Assembly: GCA_944321525.1 (NCBI GenBank)
Contig: CALULQ010000015.1
Span: 5,927 to 69,926 of the forward strand
DNA length: 64,000 bases
From: an uncultured Paraprevotella sp.
GTDB lineage: Bacteria; Bacteroidota; Bacteroidia; Bacteroidales; Bacteroidaceae
Direction: 5' to 3'
Part shown: in pieces, positions 20,529-30,272 of the stretch
Layout of the letters: every line of letters starts with the position of its first letter
Position numbering within the stretch: the stretch's first letter is position 1
Position numbers and translations under genes: made by a program
The notes under the pieces: generated by a model
The model's input: only the letters and a program-made list of their open reading frames with translations
Told to the model about the DNA's origin: nothing
The model's database searches: none

Positions 20529-20657
20529 GTGACTTTGCTTTTTTTAGATTCAACTTACTTATGGTGTCCATTAAACACTTACGAGCGCAAAGATAACCTT
20601 TTCGTCACAAAAGGCCAAGCAAATTAACAAAAATATGTATTATTTTCTCTATTCAGG

Positions 20658-22754
20658 TTAAGATATCGCACTCCAATCCACTATCGTCTTCCGCAATTTG
20701 GCCAATTGCTTCCAGAGAATCTCGTTCTTCTCGGCCGCACAATTGGGGTCCGCGTCGAGCACCGATTCCGCCATGTTCCGGGCCAACTGCACAATCTGTC
20801 CGTCGCGCGCCAAGTCGGCCAAGCGCAGAGAGAAGGCGACCCCGCTTTGCTGCGTCCCCTCCAAATCGCCGGGTCCGCGCAATTTCAGGTCTGCTTCTGC
20901 TATTTCAAACCCATCGTTGGTCTCCGTCATGATCTGGATGCGTTTGCGCGTGTCGGCCGACAACTGGAACTTCGTAACCAGAATGCAATACGACTGGTCG
21001 GCACCGCGCCCCACCCTGCCGCGCAACTGGTGCAACTGCGCCAAGCCGAAACGCTCCGCGTTCTCGATGACCATCACCGACGCGTTGGGCACGTTCACGC
21101 CCACTTCTATCACCGTCGTGGCCACCAGAATCTGGGTTTTCCCCGAAATGAAATCCTGCATTTCGGCCTCCTTCTCGGCCGCCTTCATCTTGCCGTGCAC
21201 CCTGCTGATTTTGTATTCGGGCAAGTCGTGGCACAATTGCTCGTAGCCCTCCTCCAAGTTTTTGATGTCCATTTTCTCGCTCTCCTTGATGAGCGGGTAC
21301 ACCACATAGGCCTGCCGTCCTTGGTTCAGCTGGGCGCGAAGCCCGCGATAAAGGCTCTCACGGCGATTGTCAAACTGATGGATGGTCTGGATGGGCTTGC
21401 GGCCGGGCGGAAGTTCGTCTATCACCGAAACATCCAGGTCGCCATACAGCGTCATGGCCAACGTGCGCGGAATGGGAGTGGCTGTCATGACCAGCACGTG
21501 CGGCGGACGGACGTTCTTCGTCCACAACCGTGCGCGCTGCGCCACGCCGAACCGATGCTGCTCGTCTATCACCACCATTCCCAACGACTTGAACCGCACT
21601 GTGTCTTCTAACACAGCATGGGTTCCCACAAGAATCTGCACGTCGCCTTGTTCCAGGCCCTCCAATATACCCTGCCGACGCTTCCCCTTCACGGTGCCCG
21701 TCAACAATTCCACTCGCACCGGAAGTCCGGAGAGCATTTGACAGAAAGTGGCATAATGCTGTTCCGCAAGTATCTCCGTCGGCGCCATGATACAGGCTTG
21801 GAACCCGTTGTCGAGCGCAATCAGCATGCTCATGAGTGCCACGAGTGTTTTCCCGCTTCCCACGTCGCCCTGCAACAGCCTGTTCATTTGCCGGCCGCTC
21901 CCCATGTCACGGCGTATCTCGCGAATCACACGCTTTTGAGCACCGGTGAGCTCAAAGGGCAGCTTTTCCTCATAAAAGCCATGGAATAACGCCCCCACAC
22001 GGGTAAACACATTGCCCCGATAGCGGTTGCGCCTGTCCCGCGTATACCTTAATATATTAAGTTGGATGTAGAAAAGTTCCTCGAACTTCAACCGGAAGCT
22101 GGCCTTGCGCAAGTCTTCCGCACAAGTGGGATAATGGATGTGGCGGAGCGCCTCGTCCAGAGAAACCATCTGGAGCGACTTCACCAAATAGGCCGGCAAA
22201 GTCTCGGGAATTTCAGACTTCAAGCTCTCGAAAAGCGTTGCCGTGAAATGCTCGATGGAGCGCGAATTCAGTCCCGCACGCTTCATCTTGTCGGTTGTGT
22301 TGTAATAAGGTTGCATCCCCATGGCATTCAGCCGCAGGCTGTCCGCCGGCTCCACGTCCGGGTGGGCGATGTTGATTCTCCCGTTGAAAGCGTTGGGACG
22401 CCCGAATACAATGTAATCCGTCCGCGTCTTATAAGCCGACGTCACATACTTTATCCCATTGAACCACACCAAATCCACGATTCCCTGCCCGTCCGTGAAG
22501 TGGGCAACCAAGCGGCGCTTCCTTCCCTCGCCTTCCACGTCGAAGCTCAGAATCTGCCCCCGAATCTGCACGTAAGGCATATCTGCCGTCAATTCATGCA
22601 CGTAATAGAGCCGCGTGCGGTCAATATGCTTGTAGGGAAAGTAGTAAAGCAAGTCATGCAATGTGCAGACATGCAACTCATCCGCCAGGAGTTTGGCCCG
22701 TTTCGGTCCTACGCCCGGCAAGTATTTCACGTCCTGGTGTTCAAGGTCCATCAT
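20658..22754 (-). CDS. recG: ATP-dependent DNA helicase RecG
   Basis: 698 aa. Wedge domain, then helicase motifs LLQGDVGSGKT, VIDEQHRFG, MTATPIPRT and QLRGRVGRG. Confidence 0.95.
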   Translation of the reverse strand: MMDLEHQDVKYLPGVGPKRAKLLADELHVCTLHDLLYYFPYKHIDRTRLYYVHELTADMPYVQIRGQILSFDVEGEGRKRRLVAHFTDGQGIVDLVWFNGIKYVTSAYKTRTDYIVFGRPNAFNGRINIAHPDVEPADSLRLNAMGMQPYYNTTDKMKRAGLNSRSIEHFTATLFESLKSEIPETLPAYLVKSLQMVSLDEALRHIHYPTCAEDLRKASFRLKFEELFYIQLNILRYTRDRRNRYRGNVFTRVGALFHGFYEEKLPFELTGAQKRVIREIRRDMGSGRQMNRLLQGDVGSGKTLVALMSMLIALDNGFQACIMAPTEILAEQHYATFCQMLSGLPVRVELLTGTVKGKRRQGILEGLEQGDVQILVGTHAVLEDTVRFKSLGMVVIDEQHRFGVAQRARLWTKNVRPPHVLVMTATPIPRTLAMTLYGDLDVSVIDELPPGRKPIQTIHQFDNRRESLYRGLRAQLNQGRQAYVVYPLIKESEKMDIKNLEEGYEQLCHDLPEYKISRVHGKMKAAEKEAEMQDFISGKTQILVATTVIEVGVNVPNASVMVIENAERFGLAQLHQLRGRVGRGADQSYCILVTKFQLSADTRKRIQIMTETNDGFEIAEADLKLRGPGDLEGTQQSGVAFSLRLADLARDGQIVQLARNMAESVLDADPNCAAEKNEILWKQLAKLRKTIVDWSAIS

Positions 22755-22759
22755 CTCTC

Positions 22760-23443
22760 TCAGTCGGATAAGAGCGCTTCGGCCACCTTTAAATCAAACG
22801 GAGTGGTGATTTTGATGTTCTCGCGATTGCCACGCACCAATTCCACCTCCACCCCCATGGCTTCCACCACCGAAGCGTCGTCGGTAAAAGCCGGAGAATA
22901 CTCCTGTCCGTAGGCCTGCTTGAGCAACCGGGCTTGAAACACCTGCGGTGTCTGCACCAACCGATAGCATGCACGGTCCACAGTATGGCTTCCATTTGCC
23001 CCGTCGGGCTCCACGCAGCGCAGCGTGTCCACCACGTCCGCCACAGGAATGGCTGCCCCGCATCGCGAAGCCGCCTCATAACATGCCGCAATGACCTCCG
23101 CCGCCACAAAGGGGCGCACCCCGTCATGGACAGCCACTAAAGCTTCTTCCTCGCCTTCCGGCACCAAAGCCAATCCCTTTGCCACAGAGTGGAAACGGGT
23201 TTCTCCACCTTCCGCCAGACGGTGAGGCACAGCGAAGCCGTATTCCTTGCACAGCGCATGCCAATAGTCTTGCTGCGATGCCGGCAACACCAATATAATG
23301 TCCGTTGCCTTGTCGCAGCAATAAAAAGCCTCCAAGGTACGCATCAGCACGGGCCGGCCCTTTACGGGAATGAACTGCTTCGGGATTTCGCCTCCCATGC
23401 GCAGCCCCTTCCCGCCGGCCACAATGACCGCATATTTCCTCAT
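22760..23443 (-). CDS. ispD: 2-C-methyl-D-erythritol 4-phosphate cytidylyltransferase
   Basis: [20 protein letters not shown] .. VHDGVRPF .. QTPQVF, 227 aa. Confidence 0.92.
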   Translation of the reverse strand: MRKYAVIVAGGKGLRMGGEIPKQFIPVKGRPVLMRTLEAFYCCDKATDIILVLPASQQDYWHALCKEYGFAVPHRLAEGGETRFHSVAKGLALVPEGEEEALVAVHDGVRPFVAAEVIAACYEAASRCGAAIPVADVVDTLRCVEPDGANGSHTVDRACYRLVQTPQVFQARLLKQAYGQEYSPAFTDDASVVEAMGVEVELVRGNRENIKITTPFDLKVAEALLSD

Positions 23444-24000
23444 CGGCCCACTTCGTTGTACAACATACCGTTTCTCACGGCATCCGCCTTGTCCTTCCCC
23501 ACCAGTCTTTCCGCGATGGCATAACCGAATTCAAACACGGCTGCCGGTCCTTTACCGGTGATGAACTGGCCGTCCTTCTCCACCAACGCTCCGGTGTAGG
23601 TTGCGCCCTTGAGGTTATCTTCGAATCCGGGATAGCACGTGGCCTTCAGGCCCTTCAACAACCCCATCCGGCCATAGACCAATGGTGCGGCACAAATGGC
23701 TGCCAACGGCTTCCCTGCTTCATACTGCTGCATGATGCCCTTGGCCAGTCCCTTGTGCTCCGCCAAGTTATAAGCCCCGGGCAGTCCGCCGGGCAACACC
23801 AGCATGGCCGCTTTGGAATAGTCCACGTCATCGGCCAACATGTCCGCCTCCACGCGGATGCCATGAGCACCCGTAACCCACTTCTCGTCTGTGGCTGAAA
23901 CTATACGCACCTCCACGCCGGCACGGCGCAAGATGTCGACCACCGCCAAAGCTTCCACTTCTTCAGTCCCTTCGGCAAAAAACAAATACACAGTTTCCAT
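23440..24000 (-). CDS. DJ-1/PfpI family protein
   Basis: 186 aa: [16 protein letters not shown] .. LVLPGG .. AAICAAP nucleophile-elbow Cys. Overlaps the ispD start by 4 nt. Confidence 0.85.
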   Translation of the reverse strand: METVYLFFAEGTEEVEALAVVDILRRAGVEVRIVSATDEKWVTGAHGIRVEADMLADDVDYSKAAMLVLPGGLPGAYNLAEHKGLAKGIMQQYEAGKPLAAICAAPLVYGRMGLLKGLKATCYPGFEDNLKGATYTGALVEKDGQFITGKGPAAVFEFGYAIAERLVGKDKADAVRNGMLYNEVGR

Positions 24001-24008
24001 AATCTTCC

Positions 24009-25295
24009 TTATTTATAAGAGTCTTTCAAATCATTTCCTACCGCCCTTTGCACGTCCACTCCCGACGGGGACTGGAACACGCGCAGGCCAAACTCCGGTA
24101 TCACCGCCAACACATGGTCGAACACATCGGCTTGTATGGCCTCATAGGGCACCCATTCCTTCACGGTGGAGAAGAAATACAGCTCCACGGGGATGCCCTT
24201 GTCCGTAGGTTGCAGGTGGCGCACCATGCAATGCAGTTCCGTATTCGTATAGGGCAGACTGTGCAGGTAAGCCGTCAGGTAGGCCCTGAACACTCCCAAG
24301 TTTGTCTGCCGCCTTCCGTTGACCTTCACGCTGTCGTCTATCCCCTTTTCCGCATTGTACTCCTGCAGCTCCTTTTCCTTTCCGTCAATATAGTCCTTCA
24401 GCAGGCTGATTTTGCGGAAACGGTCCAGCATTTCCGGCGTACAGAAACGCACACTGGTCATGTCGATGCATACCGACCGTTTGACACGTCGCCCTCCGCT
24501 TTCCCTCATGGCGTTCCAATTCTGGAAGGAGTCACTCACAAGGGCGTATGGCGGAATAGTGGTCACAGTGTTGTCCCAGTTGCGGACCTTCACGGTGTTG
24601 AGCGTCACTTCGGTCACGATGCCGTCGGCATCATATTTGGGCATCTTGATCCAATCGCCCACTTTCAGCATCTCATTGGCCGACAATTGTATGCCGCTGA
24701 CGAAACCCATTATACTGTCCTTGAACACCAGCATCAACACCGCGGCCGACGCACCCAGCCCCGCCAGGAGCGACACGGGATCCTTATCTATCACCTCGCT
24801 CAAGATGACGATGCCGCCCACGAACCATATTACGACTTGGAGCGTCTGCAACATACTTTTCAGCGGGCGGTTGCGGAAGCTCTCCTTGTCGCTGTAGATG
24901 CTATAGACCGCATTAAGAAAGGCATGGGCGAAGGACAGGAACGCCAAGACTATGAACACAAAGCAGATGCGCTGCACGAAGTCCACCGCCCACAGCGTGG
25001 AGTCGGCAAACACCGAAGGAATGAACACGTAGATGACCACGGGCATCACCATGTGGCTGAGCCGCACCATCACCTTGTGGTCGAACACCACATCGTCCCA
25101 CTTGGCTTTCGTGTGCCGCACCACTTTGGCCACGGCCTTCAGGACGATATGGCGACAAACCACATCGGCCACGCAAGCCACGGCCACCAAGATGAGCAAA
25201 GCCAGCAAATGGGCCACGACCGAGGCCAAAGCCGTCCCCGCTCCCCACGACAGCAAAGCGCCCGTTATCTGTTCCAGCAAATTCCAATCCTCCAT
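24009..25295 (-). CDS. mechanosensitive ion channel family protein (MscS-like, large)
   Basis: Several TM helices, then VFKDSIMGFVSGIQLSANEMLKVGDWIKMPKYDADGIVTEVTLNTVKVRNWDNTVTTIPPYALVSDSFQNW. Confidence 0.85.
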   Translation of the reverse strand: MEDWNLLEQITGALLSWGAGTALASVVAHLLALLILVAVACVADVVCRHIVLKAVAKVVRHTKAKWDDVVFDHKVMVRLSHMVMPVVIYVFIPSVFADSTLWAVDFVQRICFVFIVLAFLSFAHAFLNAVYSIYSDKESFRNRPLKSMLQTLQVVIWFVGGIVILSEVIDKDPVSLLAGLGASAAVLMLVFKDSIMGFVSGIQLSANEMLKVGDWIKMPKYDADGIVTEVTLNTVKVRNWDNTVTTIPPYALVSDSFQNWNAMRESGGRRVKRSVCIDMTSVRFCTPEMLDRFRKISLLKDYIDGKEKELQEYNAEKGIDDSVKVNGRRQTNLGVFRAYLTAYLHSLPYTNTELHCMVRHLQPTDKGIPVELYFFSTVKEWVPYEAIQADVFDHVLAVIPEFGLRVFQSPSGVDVQRAVGNDLKDSYK

Positions 25296-25321
25296 GTTCT
25301 CACCTCACTTGCATTCCCCGG

Positions 25322-26035
25322 TCAGGTCAAGCATTCCAGATAGCGTCGTATCGTCTCTTCCAATCCCAGGTACAAGGCATCGCAAATCAGCGCGTGCCCG
25401 ATGCTCACCTCGTCCAGTCCACCGATTTGGGCGTGCATGTATTTCAGGTTCTCCAAGCTCAGGTCGTGCCCGGCATTGACTCCCAGCCCCAAGCTCTTGG
25501 CCACGCGGGCCGCCTCCACGAAGGGGGCGATGGCCGCTTCCGGTCCGGCGGCATAAGCCGAAGCATACGGCTCCGTATAAAGTTCCACACGGTCGGCCCC
25601 GGCCTTGGCGGCATACTCCACCATCTCCGGGTCGGCATTCACAAAGATGGACGTGCGGATACCCTTGTCGCGGAATTCGCCCACTACTTCAGTGAGGAAA
25701 GCCAGATTCTTCTTCGTGTCCCATCCCGCATTGGACGTAATCTGGTCGGGAGCGTCCGGCACCAAGGTCACTTGTGTGGGTTTCACTTTCAGAACCAAAT
25801 CGTTGAACTTGTCGATGGGATTACCTTCAATGTTGAACTCCGTGCGCAACACCGGCTTCAGGTCATACACGTCCTGATAGCGGATATGCCTCTCGTCGGG
25901 CCGGGGATGCACGGTGATGCCCTGTGCTCCGAACTTTTCACAATCCAGCGCCACTTTCACCACGTCGGGGTTGTTCCCTCCGCGCGCATTGCGTATCGTG
26001 GCCACTTTGTTGATGTTCACACTTAACTTCGTCAT
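25322..26035 (-). CDS. pdxJ: pyridoxine 5'-phosphate synthase
   Basis: [17 protein letters not shown] .. [12 protein letters not shown] .. ELYTEPYA .. NAGHDL, 237 aa. Confidence 0.95.
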   Translation of the reverse strand: MTKLSVNINKVATIRNARGGNNPDVVKVALDCEKFGAQGITVHPRPDERHIRYQDVYDLKPVLRTEFNIEGNPIDKFNDLVLKVKPTQVTLVPDAPDQITSNAGWDTKKNLAFLTEVVGEFRDKGIRTSIFVNADPEMVEYAAKAGADRVELYTEPYASAYAAGPEAAIAPFVEAARVAKSLGLGVNAGHDLSLENLKYMHAQIGGLDEVSIGHALICDALYLGLEETIRRYLECLT

Positions 26036-26144
26036 CTCTTTATATTCTCCTTATTTATTCTTTCTGCAATAGGACAAAGTTAGAAAAAAATACTATATTT
26101 GTGAGCGCTTTGCGCCACAGAAAGTCTTAATTAATCTTAGTTGA

Positions 26145-27038
26145 ATGGAAGAAACGCTCAAATTCGCCCTTTTCGGCAATGTGTACCAAGCCAAAAAGTC
26201 GGCTTCGGTCAAGCAACTTATCTCCCTGCTGACGGCACGCGGGGCCGAATTATATGTGGAGTCGGGATTCTATGATTACCTTACCCGCAGACTGGGCATC
26301 AAGTTTCACCCCAACGGCATCATCACCGGCCGCGACTTCTATGCCGACATCGCCGTGAGCATGGGCGGCGACGGCACGTTTCTGGCCGCAGCCAGCCAGG
26401 TGGGCGACAAGCGCATCCCCATCTTGGGCATCAACATGGGGCGGCTGGGATTCCTGGCCGACGTCTCGCCCGAAGAAATCGAGGGGTGCATCGACGACAT
26501 CTACAACAAGACCTATAAGATAGAAGAACGGAGCGTCATCGAAGTGCAGTACGAAGGGCCGAGGCTCTCGGGCTACCCTTTCGCCCTCAACGAGGTGGCC
26601 GTGCTCAAGCGCGACAACTCTTCCATGATTTCCATCCGCGTGGAAGTCGACGGGGAATTCCTGGCCACCTACCAGGCCGACGGCCTCATCATCAACACGC
26701 CCACCGGCTCCACCGGCTACGCGCTGAGCGTAGGGGGCCCCATCATCGTGCCCCAGTCCGGCACGTTCTGCATCACGCCCGTAGCTTCCCACAGCCTCAA
26801 CGCACGCCCCATCACCTTGCGCGACCAGGCGCGGCTCACGCTGTCGGTGGAGTCGCGCAACCACAATTTTCTCGTGGCCATCGACGGGCGCAGCGAAGCC
26901 TGCACAGAGCACACCCGGCTCCACCTGAACCGCGCACCTTATAATATAAAGGTATTGCAACGCAAGAACCATTCGTTCTACTCCACCCTGCGCGAGAAAC
27001 TCATGTGGGGCACCGACCCCAGGGAAGAGTCATGCTGA
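26145..27038 (+). CDS. nadK: NAD kinase
   Basis: VSMGGDGTFL .. GINMGRLGFL .. GLIINTPTGSTGYALSVGGPI. A TATATTTG -7 box lies at 26094-26101. Confidence 0.92.
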   Translation: MEETLKFALFGNVYQAKKSASVKQLISLLTARGAELYVESGFYDYLTRRLGIKFHPNGIITGRDFYADIAVSMGGDGTFLAAASQVGDKRIPILGINMGRLGFLADVSPEEIEGCIDDIYNKTYKIEERSVIEVQYEGPRLSGYPFALNEVAVLKRDNSSMISIRVEVDGEFLATYQADGLIINTPTGSTGYALSVGGPIIVPQSGTFCITPVASHSLNARPITLRDQARLTLSVESRNHNFLVAIDGRSEACTEHTRLHLNRAPYNIKVLQRKNHSFYSTLREKLMWGTDPREESC

Positions 27039-28696
27039 AGCCCTTCTCCGACACCCCGTCCCGCTACTCCACCGCCCGCCTGCTCAAATGGCTGTGGGGC
27101 ATCCTGCGCCACCACCGGCTGCAGGCCGGACTGAACACCCTGCTGGGCTGCCTGACGGTATGCCTGGACTTCGCTTTCATCTGGGCCACAAAGCTGACCA
27201 TCGACATTGCCACGCACCAGACCACAGGGCAGCTGGCCGCAGCCGCGGCCTTGCTCACCGGCATCCTGCTCAGCCAACTGGCCATCAGTTTCTCCTCCCG
27301 CTGGGTCAGGGCCATCCTGGGGGTCAAGGCACAGAACCACATGCAGCTGCTCTACTTCGACCGCCTGCTGCACAGCGAATGGAACGGCCCCAACCGCCGG
27401 CACAGCGGCGACATCCTCAACCGCCTTGAACGCGACGTGACGGACGTGGTCAACACCGTCACCGAAACCTTCCCCTCCATGATAGCCGTGCTCATCCGGC
27501 TCTGCGGCGCATTCCTTTTCCTCTATTCCATGGATGCCTCGCTGGCCTGCATGACCGTTGCCATCATTCCCCTCTTCATCCTCCTGAGCAAACTCTACAT
27601 GAAAAAGATGCGGCGACTGACACGCGAAGTGCGCGACACGGACAGCCGCATCCAAAGCATCCTGCAGGAAACCATACAGCACCAAATGGTGGTGCAGACC
27701 TTGGAACAGCAACCGGCCATGGTGAGGCGCCTCGACCAGGCCCAAAGCCACTTGCGCGGACAGGTAAAGACGCGCACGCGCTTCTCCTCCGCCTCTGCCG
27801 CCCTGCTCAGCGCCGGCTTCATGGCCTGCTATCTCGTGGCTTTCCTGTGGGGCGCCAACCGCCTCTACGACGGCACCATCACCTATGGCATGATGATTGC
27901 CTTCATCCAACTGGTGGGACAAATCCAAGGCCCTTTCAGGGACATGACCCGCTTCATTCCCATCTTTGTCAACGCCTTTACCGCCGGCGAGCGCCTACTT
28001 CAACTGGAGGAAATCCCGCTCGAGGAGAAGCGGGCAAGCGTCACCTTCCCTTCCATCCCGGGCGTCCGTTTCAGCCACGTTTCCTTCTCTTATTCGCAGG
28101 AAGGGCGCATCATATTGCAAGATTTCTCACACGACTTCCCACCGGGCAGCCACACAGCCGTCGTGGGCGAGACCGGGGCGGGAAAAACCACGCTGATACG
28201 CCTGATGCTCGCCCTGCTCCATCCCACGGTCGGGGAAGTCTGCCTCTACGGCAACGGGACGCAGGTAGCCTGCAGCGCCGCAACGCGGTCGCACTTCACT
28301 TATGTGCCGCAAGGCAACACGCTCTTCAGCGGCACCATCCGCGACAACCTGTTGCTCGGCAACCCGCATGCCTCGGAAGAAGACATGCGGGAGGCCCTCA
28401 ACGATGCCTGCGCCGCCTTTGTATTCCAGCTGCCGCACGGCCTGGACACCCGCTGCGGCGAACAGGGCGTGGGGCTGAGCGAAGGGCAGGCGCAACGCAT
28501 CGCCATCGCCCGCGCCCTCCTGCGCCCCGGCGGCATCCTGCTTTTCGACGAGGCTACCTCGGCCCTCGACGCCCAGACCGAAAAAGCCCTCTGGCAGAAC
28601 ATCTGCCGCCGCTGCACCGGCAAGACGTTCATCTTCGTCACCCACCGCACGGAAGCCATCGCCCCCGGCACCCGCGTGCTGCGCATCGAAAAATAA
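27032..28696 (+). CDS. ABC transporter, fused permease/ATP-binding protein (MsbA-like half transporter)
   Basis: 6-TM domain, then Walker A GETGAGKTT, signature LSEGQAQR and Walker B ILLFDEATSALD. Start ATG 27032 overlaps the nadK stop; the listed Met 27005 is less likely. Confidence 0.88.
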   Translation: MLKPFSDTPSRYSTARLLKWLWGILRHHRLQAGLNTLLGCLTVCLDFAFIWATKLTIDIATHQTTGQLAAAAALLTGILLSQLAISFSSRWVRAILGVKAQNHMQLLYFDRLLHSEWNGPNRRHSGDILNRLERDVTDVVNTVTETFPSMIAVLIRLCGAFLFLYSMDASLACMTVAIIPLFILLSKLYMKKMRRLTREVRDTDSRIQSILQETIQHQMVVQTLEQQPAMVRRLDQAQSHLRGQVKTRTRFSSASAALLSAGFMACYLVAFLWGANRLYDGTITYGMMIAFIQLVGQIQGPFRDMTRFIPIFVNAFTAGERLLQLEEIPLEEKRASVTFPSIPGVRFSHVSFSYSQEGRIILQDFSHDFPPGSHTAVVGETGAGKTTLIRLMLALLHPTVGEVCLYGNGTQVACSAATRSHFTYVPQGNTLFSGTIRDNLLLGNPHASEEDMREALNDACAAFVFQLPHGLDTRCGEQGVGLSEGQAQRIAIARALLRPGGILLFDEATSALDAQTEKALWQNICRRCTGKTFIFVTHRTEAIAPGTRVLRIEK

Positions 28697-28708
28697 ACGG
28701 CCAAAACC

Positions 28709-28739
28709 TTGCCCATGCGGCAAAGAAGCGCTACCTTTG
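28709..28739 (+). promoter_or_regulatory. putative Bacteroidetes promoter (-33 TTG / -7 TACCTTTG) driving the cobalamin riboswitch
   Basis: TACCTTTG (28732-28739) matches TAnnTTTG exactly. CTTG lies about 20 nt upstream, and the box ends about 6-10 nt before the riboswitch P1. Confidence 0.5.
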
Positions 28740-28744
28740 TCCCT

Positions 28745-28925
28745 CGTCACAGGTGTCCTGCCTGCCGACCGGCATCCAGGATGAAAAGGGAATCGGGTGA
28801 AAGTCCCGGACAGTCCCGCTGCTGTAATTTCCAAAACGCACCAAAAGGCATACCCATGCCACTGCCCCGCACCGCGCGGGACGGGAAGGCTCTTTTGGCG
28901 CGGGAATAAGTCAGAAAACCTGCCT
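28745..28925 (+). promoter_or_regulatory. cobalamin (B12) riboswitch aptamer with no downstream ORF
   Basis: AAAAGGGAATCGGGTGAAAGTCCCGGACAGTCCCGCTGCTGTAA, B12 box ATGCCACTGCCCC..GGGAAGGC, and a closing AGTCAGAAAACCTGCC that pairs with ACAGGT at 28749-28754. Confidence 0.88.
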
Positions 28926-29224
28926 GTGCAAACTGTGGTTTCCCGCTTCGAGGGTTAGGCGGGGATTCCTCAAAGGATTCTGTCATGGTCTCTTCCATAT
29001 CGGCCGCCTCCACTTTCCGCCCGTAGCGGGAAGCGATGGCTTCGCGGCTTGGAAGAAAGACATGCGGAACAGGTCCGCCCCAGCACACGGTTGTCCGCAC
29101 ACGAAAGGCCGAAGCGATTCGCCCCGCGCCCGCCACACTTCATCTATCTGCTATCAATCAAACCCGGCAGGCGCAAGGACAAACGCACAGCGAAGGACAG
29201 GACACAGGAACCACTTTCAAGAGA

Positions 29225-29265
29225 AGCGGCATCCGGGACAAGACTCCTCCGGATGCCGCTTTTTC
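29225..29265 (+). terminator. strong intrinsic terminator about 300 nt downstream of the riboswitch
   Basis: Perfect 12-bp stem AGCGGCATCCGG / CCGGATGCCGCT with a 12-nt loop, followed by TTTT. Confidence 0.75.
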
Positions 29266-29863
29266 GCGAGAAAGAACCGGGACTACGCGAAAAAAGGCCA
29301 CTGCATGGCGGATTTTCGCCCACGTTCCCTTCCCTCTCCGGATAAGATATCCTGCTCAGTGACAGGGGAGCGCCCGCCCCATGAACTAAGGAATTTCAGA
29401 TGGCGTGTCATGCCAGCAAAAGCATAACGTCATTCAATTAATTCATCCATATCCTGCAGGTGTTTTTAATCAAATCATTCATATATCAACGCTTTTGTTG
29501 CATCCACGTTCTTTTTCAGGTATGGATTCCTTATTGATTGTTCTTCCAACCAAACAGGCTCACGTGTAATGCACATATAATCAAATTCTGATAAAACCCA
29601 CCCCACCTGCCCCCTATCTTTTTATTCATCGCCCATAACCGCTTCCGCTTATCGGATTCCCTTGCTTCCGTCCCTTTCATCCGAGCCACAGGACTACGTC
29701 ACGAGCCGGGAATCGTCTTTATTTACAGGACGAACAGGCCATCGGGCCATCAGAAGGAGGGTTGAAAGGGGGAAACTGGTACATGGCCCAGCTGCATCCC
29801 TCATACGCCGGACGGGGCAAACTGGCGGGCAGGACGGACAGACGCCTTGCGGAATGCAGAATT

Positions 29864-29903
29864 GTACTTTGCGGAGAGTACTCGAGTACTTGCCGCAAAG
29901 TAC
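29864..29903. repeat. GTAC-framed palindromic repeat, copy 3 (two arms)
   Basis: GTACTTTGCGGAGAGTACTCGAGTACTTGCCGCAAAGTAC, flanked by the outer complementary arms CCTTGCGGA and TCCGCAAGG. Confidence 0.9.
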
Positions 29904-30213
29904 GCTGACGCACTCCGCAAGGCGCCGCAGGGCATCGGGCAAGGACCGGCACGTCCGTGCGCCCCGCCGTCCGGGCACCGGCCGACAAGGAGTCTGGGAA
30001 ATGCCGATGGCAGAGCAGAACAAAGATTATTGGCATAAGTTTTTACAAAATGAAGATTCCCCGGCCAACATGCCGTTACCTGCCTGAACGGCAACGCAAC
30101 GGCGGGACCGGACCGAAGGGAAGCTATCCGGCCAACCACCCACGCGAAAGACTTTATCGGGCAATAATGATTTTTTTGCAGCCGTCCCACAAGGCCGCAT
30201 GAAATAAAAATTT

Positions 30214-30221
30214 TATATTTG
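30214..30221 (+). promoter_or_regulatory. putative -7 promoter box for the PfkB kinase gene
   Basis: TATATTTG lies 52 nt upstream of ATG 30273. Confidence 0.4.
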
Positions 30222-30272
30222 TACCGATTTTACCGCAAAACGAAAAAGAAACACATCTAAAACCGGAATATC

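Noticed and set aside
27005-27031. An upstream Met (27005) for the ABC transporter, giving a 9-aa extension that overlaps nadK.
   Set aside because: Met 27032 gives a typical ATG/stop overlap with nadK and a normal N-terminus (MLKPFSD..). The extension adds only charged junk.
29297-29303. A second GCCACTG (B12-box-like heptamer) downstream of the riboswitch terminator.
   Set aside because: It is an isolated heptamer without the surrounding cobalamin aptamer core, so most likely chance.
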